A stretch of DNA of 20,000 nucleotides from an uncultured virus (IMG/VR IMGVR_UViG_2863298641_000001) (taxonomy: Duplodnaviria; Heunggongvirae; Uroviricota; Caudoviricetes): the IMG/VR virus record IMGVR_UViG_2863298641_000001, one strand, 5' to 3'. Below, piece after piece: positions 8,467-15,798 of the stretch; position 1 is the first letter of the stretch, and the number at the start of each line of letters is the position of its first letter. Made by a program: the position numbers and the translations under genes. The notes beneath the pieces are model-generated. The model did no database searches, was not told the DNA's origin, and worked only from the letters and a program-made list of their open reading frames with translations.

Positions 8467-9207
8467 TCATGCGGCGAGGGCCGTCTCGGGCTTGGCGCGG
8501 GCGAGCAGGGCCGCGCGTTCATCGGGGTCCGGGACGGCTCCCGCTCCCCATTCGCCGGTGGTGACGAACTGCTGGCCGATGTAGGCGGTGTAGGCGGGCG
8601 GGATGGCCTCGGTGAGCTCCTCGTGGACGTCGGTCCACGTGATGCCCATGGCCTGCTGCATCTCGGCGACGGTGCCCTTGCCCCCGCCTTTGCCGTAGGC
8701 GGCGATGTATGGGCCGTCGCGGTAGACGCCGTGCCGCCAGCCACGGACGGGCCCCCGGTGCTTCTTGTGCTCGGGCTGCCGCGCGGACGGTGAGCCGATC
8801 CAGCCGATCTCGAACTTGCGGTGCCGGATGACGCCGAGCCCGAACATCTCGCCGCACAGGTTGAGGTCGACCCGCATGGGAGCGCCGGCCACGTTCTCGA
8901 TGACCCAGTCGACGCCGTACCAGAGGCAGAGCTCGCGCATCTCGGTGAGGAAGTCGGCGTACTCGCGCCCCTTGTTGGTGCCCTTGGTGAGTGCGGTGTG
9001 CGGTTGGCAGGGCGGGGAGGCGTGGACGAGGTGGAACTCTTGGCACGTCTCCTGCATGACGTCGAGGGCGTCGCCTTGGATGAAGGTGAACGGGTATCGG
9101 GGCCGGGGCTGGATGTCGACGCCGACGACGTCGAAGCCGGCCTGCCAGTAGCCCATTCCTGCGCCGCCGGAGCAGCAGAACAGGTCGAGGACGCGAGGGC
9201 GGATCAT
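8467..9207 (-). CDS. Orphan C5-cytosine DNA methyltransferase (compact phage type, 246 aa)
   Basis: Motif I LDLFCCSGG, GVDI, motif IV ASPPCQ, motif VI IENV, VIII-like RHR.FE, X-like EAIPP. Confidence 0.9.
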   Translation of the reverse strand: MIRPRVLDLFCCSGGAGMGYWQAGFDVVGVDIQPRPRYPFTFIQGDALDVMQETCQEFHLVHASPPCQPHTALTKGTNKGREYADFLTEMRELCLWYGVDWVIENVAGAPMRVDLNLCGEMFGLGVIRHRKFEIGWIGSPSARQPEHKKHRGPVRGWRHGVYRDGPYIAAYGKGGGKGTVAEMQQAMGITWTDVHEELTEAIPPAYTAYIGQQFVTTGEWGAGAVPDPDERAALLARAKPETALAA

Positions 9208-10034
9208 GCCGCCACTCCCATCTCGGCCCGGCGGCGGGCGCGGGTAACGGTGCGCTTGTGGCAGCCGAGTTCGTCAGCGATCTGCTGCGCGGTCCGGCCT
9301 GCCGCGGTGAGTTCGGCGACACGCGAGACGTCGGCGATGACCCGATTGCTGCCCTCCTTGGCGGTGGACCTGCGGGCGGCTTCCGGCTTGCACTTGGGGT
9401 CGTCGATGTCGTCCCAGGCGAGCGGGCCGTGCCAGCCCAGCGCCAACGCGCGCTTCCTGGCCTTGGCGCTGGCGCCAATGCGGGTGGACAGCGTCGCGTA
9501 GGCGCGGCGGATGCCGCGGTCGGTGGCGGCCTCGACGGTTTCGTACCGGCCGTTGGCGACGTGGCTGATGGTGGAGGGGTCGAGGCTGGCGGCGGCGCCG
9601 ATGACGGTGGGGTTGTGCCCCAGGACGTAGAGGGCACGGAGTCGGCGGATCGCCATGAAGGACGGCCGGTAGGCGGAGGCGTCGAAATCGGCCGGCTTGA
9701 CGGCGAGGATGCGCAGTGCCTTGTCTCGCTTCGGGTTCTTGGTGATGCCGCGCACCAGGTAGGTGATGGTGGCGTCGGAGACGCCGGCGCGGCGGGCAAT
9801 GAGCGCGTAGCTCATGCCGTACTCGTTGTGCAGTGTGTTGATGTGCGCGACGACGGGGGCGCCAGGATGGAGGGGGCCTTCGCCTCGGAGGCGGGCTAGT
9901 GCGCGGGCTTTCCCGCCGCGCGCCTGGGCCTGTGTGCACCTGGGGCAGCGGCAGCCGGGCCAGGAGCCGTCAGTCGGTCCGCGGTAGCGATACTCGGTTC
10001 CGTGGGGTGGGAGGTTGCGGGGCGTGGTGGTCAC
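9204..10034 (-). CDS. Multi-HTH DNA-binding protein with N-terminal HG..Y..GCRCPRC motif (276 aa)
   Basis: Three HTH-like segments (GMSYALIARRAGVS, IGAAASLDPSTISHVANG, GRTAQQIADELGCHKRTVTR); AAGGAG RBS. Confidence 0.85.
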   Translation of the reverse strand: MTTTPRNLPPHGTEYRYRGPTDGSWPGCRCPRCTQAQARGGKARALARLRGEGPLHPGAPVVAHINTLHNEYGMSYALIARRAGVSDATITYLVRGITKNPKRDKALRILAVKPADFDASAYRPSFMAIRRLRALYVLGHNPTVIGAAASLDPSTISHVANGRYETVEAATDRGIRRAYATLSTRIGASAKARKRALALGWHGPLAWDDIDDPKCKPEAARRSTAKEGSNRVIADVSRVAELTAAGRTAQQIADELGCHKRTVTRARRRAEMGVAA

Positions 10035-10240
10035 GGCTGCTCCTTCCGGCTGTGGCGGGTGGCGGGCTGGTGGGTGAACTGCTCGAACTGCCGGATCCCG
10101 TGGTGGATGCGGGCCTCGCGCACCAGATGCCTGATGGCGGTGGGGGCGAGGACGAGGACCAGGACGGCGACGTTGAAGACGACGCCAGGGAGGACCCAGA
10201 GGGCGAAGCGGAAGGCGGCTTCGAGGGGTTGGCCGGTCAC
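10031..10240 (-). CDS. Small single-pass membrane protein (69 aa)
   Basis: Hydrophobic FALWVLPGVVFNVAVLVLVLAP; GTGA overlap; GGAGG RBS. Confidence 0.65.
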   Translation of the reverse strand: MTGQPLEAAFRFALWVLPGVVFNVAVLVLVLAPTAIRHLVREARIHHGIRQFEQFTHQPATRHSRKEQP

Positions 10241-10371
10241 GGCCGCCTCCCGCGGGCCCAGTCGGCGATGCACCGGCCGGCGGCTCCGAGGGCCCCGCCG
10301 ATCGCGCCGATGACGACGGCGGCGGGCACCACCCACCAGAGGCTGACGTGCTGCAGACGGTCGAGATCCAT
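10237..10371 (-). CDS. Small membrane peptide (44 aa, MDLDRLQHVSLWWVVPAAVVIGAIGG...)
   Basis: Hydrophobic stretch; coupled to both neighbours. Confidence 0.6.
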   Translation of the reverse strand: MDLDRLQHVSLWWVVPAAVVIGAIGGALGAAGRCIADWARGRRP

Positions 10372-10775
10372 CACGCCACCTTCTGCTGCTCGGCGCGGGC
10401 GGCACGACGGGCGGCGCGCTCCTCGCGCCGGCGCCGGGCGACGGCCTCTCGATGGGCGACGGGGACGCCTATCCACACGTAGACGAGGCTCTTGCGGGCG
10501 CGGGCGGACGGCCCGTAGCCGTGGTGGCGGATGATGCCGGCGTCCTGCAGCCGGGCGGGGAGGCCGCCCCACTGGCTCTTCGGGTGCGGCGGGTCCGGCA
10601 GTTGCTTCTTGCGGGCGACCTCGTCGATGGTGAACGGCTGGCCGCTGTCGGCGGCTTCGACGTAGGCGGGGGTGACCTCGTCGACCCAGGCCTCGTAGTC
10701 GTCCATCACGCGGCGGGTGGCGGGGGCCGCGGCCTCGAGCTCGATGCCGTCGAAGGCGGGCTGGATGTGGCTCAT
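10371..10775 (-). CDS. Hypothetical protein, possible winged-helix (134 aa, MSHIQPAFDGIEL...)
   Basis: G.PFT.DEV..PDP..WG.L..GII..GY.PS..S.V.VW pattern; ATGA overlap; GAGAGGA RBS. Confidence 0.8.
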   Translation of the reverse strand: MSHIQPAFDGIELEAAAPATRRVMDDYEAWVDEVTPAYVEAADSGQPFTIDEVARKKQLPDPPHPKSQWGGLPARLQDAGIIRHHGYGPSARARKSLVYVWIGVPVAHREAVARRRREERAARRAARAEQQKVA

Positions 10776-11494
10776 GACGTCCTCTCGTTGCTCTCTGTTC
10801 GGCAGCAGCGGAATGCGGCAGCTCGAGAAATGCCCAGCCGGTCGGCTATCTGACGGAGGTTGAGGCCGCTGTCGCGCAACTCCCGCGCCTGGGCCACTAC
10901 GTCGGGGTTGTTGCGGACGAAGTTCGCTCGGTGAGGCGGATAGATGCGCGCCTTCGGTACGGGCGGCTCGGTGACGTGAGTCCAACCGATGCCGCGTACC
11001 GCACGGTGAGCAGACGTGTAGTCGACGCCGATCTCTAGCGCTAGCGAGCGGATGGACCGGCCGCTGCGGACCGCGCGACGCATCTGGGCAACCGTCTCGT
11101 CATCCAGGACCGCGTTCGGTCGCCCCGCGCCCTGCGGCCAGGTCTTCGGTGTGCGGCGTCGACGCTCGTAGACATCACGCACGTTTTGAGCGACAGAGCC
11201 GGCTTCCAGGTGGTCCGGCCGCACGCAGAGAGGCGTGTCGCATCGGTGTCGGATGACAGCGACCTGCGGCAGAACCTTCCTGTTTGTGATCACCCAGGAG
11301 ACTCGGTGCGCCAAGAGGCGGCGCCTCTGCAGAGTCAGCTGGCCATACTGGCCGGCCTTGCCGCCGGTCCAGAGCCAGCAGTTCTCCGACTTCTGCACTC
11401 GAGCCCAGAAGCGACTGACGAACTGGGTGTCGTTAGCCGCGTTCAGCAGCTGCCCTTGCAGTGCCTCATATGCTTCAGGTGTGAGGCGGGCCAT
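10772..11494 (-). CDS. Free-standing HNH (HNH_3-type) endonuclease with two C-terminal HTH domains (240 aa)
   Basis: RFWARV..CWLWTG..YG..AHRVSW..RHRCDTPLCVRPDHLEAGS..QN..D; AAAGGAGG RBS; more A/T-ending codons than neighbours. Confidence 0.9.
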   Translation of the reverse strand: MARLTPEAYEALQGQLLNAANDTQFVSRFWARVQKSENCWLWTGGKAGQYGQLTLQRRRLLAHRVSWVITNRKVLPQVAVIRHRCDTPLCVRPDHLEAGSVAQNVRDVYERRRRTPKTWPQGAGRPNAVLDDETVAQMRRAVRSGRSIRSLALEIGVDYTSAHRAVRGIGWTHVTEPPVPKARIYPPHRANFVRNNPDVVAQARELRDSGLNLRQIADRLGISRAAAFRCCRTESNERTS

Positions 11495-11520
11495 TTTCGT
11501 CCTCCTTTCGTTGCCCGGCT

Positions 11521-11547
11521 GCCGGCCGCGATTCGGGCGCGGCCGGC
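11521..11547. terminator. 10-bp perfect stem-loop downstream of the Sak4-like gene
   Basis: GCCGGCCGCG-attcggg-CGCGGCCGGC. Confidence 0.5.
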
Positions 11548-11559
11548 GCCTCGGGCGGG

Positions 11560-12330
11560 TTACTCGGTGGGCTGCTCGGGCTTGGCGTTGAGCCAGGCGA
11601 GGAGCGGGGCGGCGATGTCGCGGGCTCCGACGGGCCGCTTGATGACCTTGCGGTGGAGGTCGGGGCAGCGGGACTTGAGGACTTCGAGGGTGTTCTCCAG
11701 GTCCATGGCCACGGCGACGTCGAATTCGTACTCGATGCCCTTGCGCTGCTCGGGCCTCATCCCGACCCGCTCCGGCTTGCCGCCGTTCAGCACCCACTCC
11801 GTGTAGGAGCGCATCGAGCAGACGACGTGCCCGGGGTAGGCGAGGATCGCGGCGACCATGTCGTTCTGGATGGGGGTGCCGTCCTTCCAGCCGGCGAACT
11901 TGTTGCCGCCGTACCGGCTGCTGGCCTTCTCGACCTGGTCGAGGGTGCCGTCAGTGCCCTTCCAGAAGTGGGAGAGGCTGTCGACGAAGACGGTGGGGTA
12001 GCCGGCCTTGGCGGCGGATTCGAGGATGCGGATCAGGTCGCGCGGGTCGTAGCGGTCCAGGGAGACGGCGTCGAACTGGATGCCGCCGATGCCGGCGTAC
12101 AGGCTGGCGGCTCCGCCCTCGGTGTCGATGACGCCGAACTTGTTGCCTTCGGACAGGCCGTGGGCGATGGACAGGCCGGTCCAGGTCTTGCCGGATCCGG
12201 ACATGCCCTGGACGGACAGGCGGGCCTTGCGTCCGGCCTTGCTCGCGGGGCGGAACGCGAACTCGTCGGGGGCCCCGTTCTGTTCGGCGGCGGGGCGGCC
12301 CGTGCGGACGGGCTGCGGAAGCTGGGACAC
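11560..12330 (-). CDS. AAA_24-family ATPase, Sak4-like recombination protein (256 aa)
   Basis: GMSGSGKT Walker A, IDTE, VDSLSHFW, QRKGIEYEFD, KSRC; directly follows the exonuclease; AGGAG RBS. Confidence 0.85.
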   Translation of the reverse strand: MSQLPQPVRTGRPAAEQNGAPDEFAFRPASKAGRKARLSVQGMSGSGKTWTGLSIAHGLSEGNKFGVIDTEGGAASLYAGIGGIQFDAVSLDRYDPRDLIRILESAAKAGYPTVFVDSLSHFWKGTDGTLDQVEKASSRYGGNKFAGWKDGTPIQNDMVAAILAYPGHVVCSMRSYTEWVLNGGKPERVGMRPEQRKGIEYEFDVAVAMDLENTLEVLKSRCPDLHRKVIKRPVGARDIAAPLLAWLNAKPEQPTE

Positions 12331-12339
12331 GGGGTGCTC

Positions 12340-13167
12340 CTAGGCGTACTGGCGCTCGACCCAGGCGGGGAGCGAGATCATCGGGTTGGGCAGGTAGCCG
12401 GGCCACTCACCGCGGTCGCGGCAGATGGCGTAGGTGTTGAGGGCGACGTCGTTGAGGTGGCGGCCGATGCCGCGGGCCATCGGGTCGCAGGTCGTGACGA
12501 CCACCAGATAGGGCGGGTCCTTCTCCTGGACCACGAACTGCATGGGCCGCTCGGGATCGGCGACGCCGAGGGCCTCACCGCCGTCCTCGTACCAACCCTG
12601 TTGCTGGTGATAGCCGTGCTCGTTGAACGCCTTCTCCAAGTCCTCCCGGCGGCAGGAGCGGGCGGTCTTGTAGTCGACGATCTGGCCGTCGTCACGGAGC
12701 CAGTCGAAGCGGCAGCGTCGCCAGACGCCGTGGTCCTCCCAGAACGCGGACATCTCGGCGAGTCCGGAGCCGGGCTCCAGCAGGGCAGCGGCCTCTTCGT
12801 TGGCGCGGAGGGCGGTGGCCATGGCGTGGACCTGGTCCAGCTCGTGGAGCTTGAGCGGGATGTCACCGGCCGCCCGTATCGCGGCGACCTCGGCCTTGAT
12901 GCTGTCGGTGTCCCACCGCGGGGCGTCGACGAGGACCAGCTCGGGGCCGTCGTCGAGGACGAGCTTGTGGGCGGCGGTGCCGAGGTCGAGGGCCTTGGTG
13001 TGGGGCTGCGGGTTGTCGAGCCAGTGCTTGAACTTGGCCGGGCACTCGGTGGCGAGCTTGCGGGCGCCGGTCGACGACAGGCTGCCGCCGGGGATGGGAT
13101 CGGCGTGGTACTGCTCGGCGGGGATGTCGTACAGGCCGGGCTCGACCTCGACCGGCGCCCCGCTCAT
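12340..13167 (-). CDS. RecE/ExoVIII-like PD-(D/E)XK exonuclease (DUF3799-like, 275 aa)
   Basis: YHAD..LSSTGA..CPAKF..GTAAH..VL; AE.S.FW..R.RFDWL..IVDYKT; YHQQ..WY; FVVQEK.PPY. Confidence 0.9.
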   Translation of the reverse strand: MSGAPVEVEPGLYDIPAEQYHADPIPGGSLSSTGARKLATECPAKFKHWLDNPQPHTKALDLGTAAHKLVLDDGPELVLVDAPRWDTDSIKAEVAAIRAAGDIPLKLHELDQVHAMATALRANEEAAALLEPGSGLAEMSAFWEDHGVWRRCRFDWLRDDGQIVDYKTARSCRREDLEKAFNEHGYHQQQGWYEDGGEALGVADPERPMQFVVQEKDPPYLVVVTTCDPMARGIGRHLNDVALNTYAICRDRGEWPGYLPNPMISLPAWVERQYA

Positions 13168-13283
13168 GCGACGCCGTCCAGCGGCATCGGGCGGGCGCAG
13201 GGTTCGCACAGCTGCTCGTCGGTGAACGGGCCGTCCTCGTCGCCGCAGCGGGTGCAGCGGATCGGCTGCTGGTCGGTGGCCAT
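13164..13283 (-). CDS. Zn-finger micropeptide (39 aa, MATDQQPIRCTRCG...LCEPC)
   Basis: Two CxxC motifs; TGATG and ATGA coupling; GAGGAG RBS. Confidence 0.65.
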   Translation of the reverse strand: MATDQQPIRCTRCGDEDGPFTDEQLCEPCARPMPLDGVA

Positions 13284-13513
13284 CAGAACGGGTACTCCTC
13301 TCGGATCGGTCGGCGGGGCCAGAGGGGCAGGCGCCAGGTGCGGAGTTGGTCGAGGCAGGGGCATTCGTCCCAGTCGGCGCCGAAGCCGTTACGGGTCCAG
13401 CCGCCTTGGTTGCCGCGGCAGTCGGGGCAGTTCGGGTTGGGCTGCCGGGTGAGGTGCAGGGCCCGGCGGTGCAGTTCGATCTGCCAGCGGCCGAAGGTGC
13501 GGGCGAGGTGCAT
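13283..13513 (-). CDS. Small protein with CPDC.G..GG...CPC motif (76 aa)
   Basis: GAGGA RBS before ATG at 13513; DnaJ-like CxxCxGxG-type pattern. Confidence 0.7.
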   Translation of the reverse strand: MHLARTFGRWQIELHRRALHLTRQPNPNCPDCRGNQGGWTRNGFGADWDECPCLDQLRTWRLPLWPRRPIREEYPF

Positions 13514-13542
13514 GGGTCCTCGTTTCGGGGTGTGCTTGGGGT

Positions 13543-13583
13543 GGGCCTCCAGCCCCGTCGGGGGGTGGCGGGGCTGGAGGCCC
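13543..13583. terminator. Strong ~17-bp intergenic stem-loop
   Basis: GGGCCTCCAGCCCCGTC...GGCGGGGCTGGAGGCCC (one mismatch). Confidence 0.6.
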
Positions 13584-13687
13584 TGGGCGGCGGCGCGGAG
13601 TGGGGGCTCGACGCGCACGCCGGCTACAGGGGTTGTGGCTTGCGCGCCCGACCGGGGCCCTAGGTCATGCGCCGGCCGGGCGCTGGT

Positions 13688-14095
13688 CTAAGCGGCCCCG
13701 ACGTCGGCCTGCTTCTTGCTGGCCGGGTCGACGCGGAACTCCTCGACGCTGAACAGCCCGTCGTCCTGGGGCGGCAGGTCCTTCACCGCCTTGCGGATCT
13801 TGGCGAACACCGCGTCGTAGCAGAGCGGGCACATCGCCGCGAGACGTCGGGCCGGCAGCGAGGCGGCAGTCGCGAAGTCGCCCTCGTTGATCGGGTCCCG
13901 CGGCATCGCGATCAGGACTACCTCGCCCTTCTTGCTGATGTGCTTGCCGTTCTCCAGGTCGCAGCGGCCTTGCGTGCGACTGCCGCTCGCCGAGTGCCTC
14001 TTGCCGCAGGCGCCCCGGCACTCGCACCGGTGGCCGGCGCGGTTCATCACCGCGGTCCACACGGCGGCGCCGACTATCGGGGGACGGACGGTCAT
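13688..14095 (-). CDS. HNH-like Zn-binding protein, probably catalytically degenerate (135 aa)
   Basis: V..RAGHRCEC..CG..H..C ... L.AMCPLC; the expected catalytic His and Asn are not seen (VLIAMP, RRLAAMC). Confidence 0.75.
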   Translation of the reverse strand: MTVRPPIVGAAVWTAVMNRAGHRCECRGACGKRHSASGSRTQGRCDLENGKHISKKGEVVLIAMPRDPINEGDFATAASLPARRLAAMCPLCYDAVFAKIRKAVKDLPPQDDGLFSVEEFRVDPASKKQADVGAA

Positions 14096-14721
14096 GACGC
14101 ACTCGCCACCTCTGTTGCCGGTTCGACCCGCAGGCCATCCATGACCCGGATCAGCTCACAGCCGGGGCACTCACAGCGTCCGAGGTGGGAGCCGAGGTCG
14201 GCGTGGTCGCGGTGCAGCCGCTGCCCCTGCTCGACCAGGACGCTGCGTAGTCGCTGGATCTCGGCGGCCTGGGCCTCGGCCAGCTTCACCTCGGGGTCCC
14301 GTTCGGCGACCTCGTCGAGCACCTTGTCGGTGACGACGCCATCGAGCGTCCACTGGGCGCGGCGGGCCGCGGAGCGCAGCTCCTCGACCACCTTGGGGGC
14401 CGGTCGATCAGGCAGCTGGGAGATGCGGTAGAGGAGGCCGGTGATGGGCGTGGCGGCCCGACGGACGATGACTCCCAGGTACAGGCCGCCGCGTGCGATC
14501 TGCTGATCGGCGGCCTCCCGGCGGGCGGCGGCGTAGACGGACCGGTCGTGCTTCACCTGGTCCTGCAGCAGCGAGCTGTAGGCGTTCTCGTGGCGCCGGG
14601 ATTCCTTCTGCGTCCGCTCGACTTCGCGGTTGAGCAGCTCGGCGTCGGTCAGGTGGTCGACGGGCTCGCCGAGCCGCGCGTACTCCTCGCGCAGGGCGGC
14701 GACACGGTCGGCGGCGTTCAT
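14092..14721 (-). CDS. Coiled-coil hypothetical protein with C-terminal H..CECPGC (209 aa)
   Basis: AAGGAG RBS; ATGA overlaps at both ends. Confidence 0.8.
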   Translation of the reverse strand: MNAADRVAALREEYARLGEPVDHLTDAELLNREVERTQKESRRHENAYSSLLQDQVKHDRSVYAAARREAADQQIARGGLYLGVIVRRAATPITGLLYRISQLPDRPAPKVVEELRSAARRAQWTLDGVVTDKVLDEVAERDPEVKLAEAQAAEIQRLRSVLVEQGQRLHRDHADLGSHLGRCECPGCELIRVMDGLRVEPATEVASAS

Positions 14722-15164
14722 GCGATCTCCTTGGTGGTCTTCTGCGCCTGCAAGAGGGCGTGGTCGGGGCCGGGTTCGGCCATCGGCGACTGGTGCAGCG
14801 GCACCGGGACGACGACGGCCATCTCCTGCGTCTTGGCGACCGCGGCGTGAGCCCAGGTGCGGACGTCGAGCCGCCGGTCGCGATCGGCGACCTGGCCTTC
14901 GAGGTCGTGGACGTAGCGCTCCAGGGCGTCACGGTCCCGGCCGATGTTGATCAGCGCGTCCTGCGTCTCCTGCAGCCGCTCGGTGAGCCGCTCGTTCTCC
15001 GTCTGCAGCTCGCCGAGCTGGACGGCCTGCCGCATGATCAGCGCGTCGGCGTCGTCGAGCCGCTGCTGCAGTTCGGCGAGTTCCTGCTCCCGCTGGGCGA
15101 GCCGGTCTATGGCGCGGTGCTTGCGGGCCGGCCTGGCGCTACGGCCGGGGAGTGTGAGACTCAC
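14718..15164 (-). CDS. Coiled-coil hypothetical protein (148 aa)
   Basis: Long heptad region (REQELAELQQRLDD...LQTENERLTERLQE); GTG at 15164 with GGGGA RBS. Confidence 0.75.
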   Translation of the reverse strand: MSLTLPGRSARPARKHRAIDRLAQREQELAELQQRLDDADALIMRQAVQLGELQTENERLTERLQETQDALINIGRDRDALERYVHDLEGQVADRDRRLDVRTWAHAAVAKTQEMAVVVPVPLHQSPMAEPGPDHALLQAQKTTKEIA

Positions 15165-15345
15165 TGGTCCCCCAGTTGTCGAGGTCGAGGGTGATGTGGC
15201 CGGCTTCGACGCTGGCCTTGAAGTTGCGGCTCGTCTCGGCGGCCTGCTCAAGCTCGCGGTTCTTGGCGGCCAGCCGCTTGATCTCGGCTTCCAGCTCCCC
15301 CACCCGGTGGCGGAGGCGGACCACCTCGGCGGCCGTCGCCGTCAC
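15139..15345 (-). CDS. Short coiled-coil protein (68 aa)
   Basis: LRHRVGELEAEIKRLAAKNRELE; GTGA-coupled start. Confidence 0.7.
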   Translation of the reverse strand: MTATAAEVVRLRHRVGELEAEIKRLAAKNRELEQAAETSRNFKASVEAGHITLDLDNWGTSESHTPRP

Positions 15346-15566
15346 CGGACGGCCTTCTTCGTCAGCAGGTAGAAGCGGCGGTCATCGGCGCCGCCCTGGA
15401 TGAGGAGGCCGGCCCGGTGGAAGGTGCGGATGTCGTGGCGGGCCGTCGTCCGCTTCGGGGCGCCGAGGTCGCGGTTCACCCGGTGCACGCGGTCCGTGGT
15501 CACGACACCGCGGCGGCAGCGGAGGATGCCGAGCAGCTGCTGCTGGCGGGCGGTCAGCTCAGCCAT
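15342..15566 (-). CDS. Small winged-helix DNA-binding protein (74 aa)
   Basis: LTARQQQLL..TTARHDIRTFHRAGLLIQ..RRFYLL; GGGAGG RBS. Confidence 0.75.
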   Translation of the reverse strand: MAELTARQQQLLGILRCRRGVVTTDRVHRVNRDLGAPKRTTARHDIRTFHRAGLLIQGGADDRRFYLLTKKAVR

Positions 15567-15798
15567 GGCTGGCCTCCCTGGCGCGGCGGTTGTCGGCTTC
15601 GCGGGCGGCGATGTACTCGGCCCATCCCGGGTAGTCCGCGTCAGTGGCGCAGGCTTCGGGGTGACGGACGAGCCAGGCGTCGAGCTGGTACACCAGCTGG
15701 TCCTTCGGGTCCGTGGCTCGGGCTGCGGCGGCCAGGAAGCAGGCGTCGGCCTCGACGACGGGCAGCGGCACGTCCAGGCGGGACAGGTCGACGGTCAT
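15559..15798 (-). CDS. Hypothetical protein (79 aa, MTVDLSRLDVPLPVVEAD...)
   Basis: ATGA overlap with the upstream stop. Confidence 0.75.
   Translation of the reverse strand: MTVDLSRLDVPLPVVEADACFLAAAARATDPKDQLVYQLDAWLVRHPEACATDADYPGWAEYIAAREADNRRAREASHG

Noticed and set aside
10772..11494. HNH as part of a group I intron or intein
   Set aside because: It has its own strong RBS, both flanking genes appear complete, and there is no room for ribozyme core sequence
8467..11494. MTase plus HNH as a restriction-modification pair
   Set aside because: They are separated by four genes, and the HNH has homing-endonuclease architecture and signs of independent insertion
11653..13452. 599-aa plus-strand ORF
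   Set aside because: Antisense shadow of the exonuclease and Sak4-like genes; no motifs
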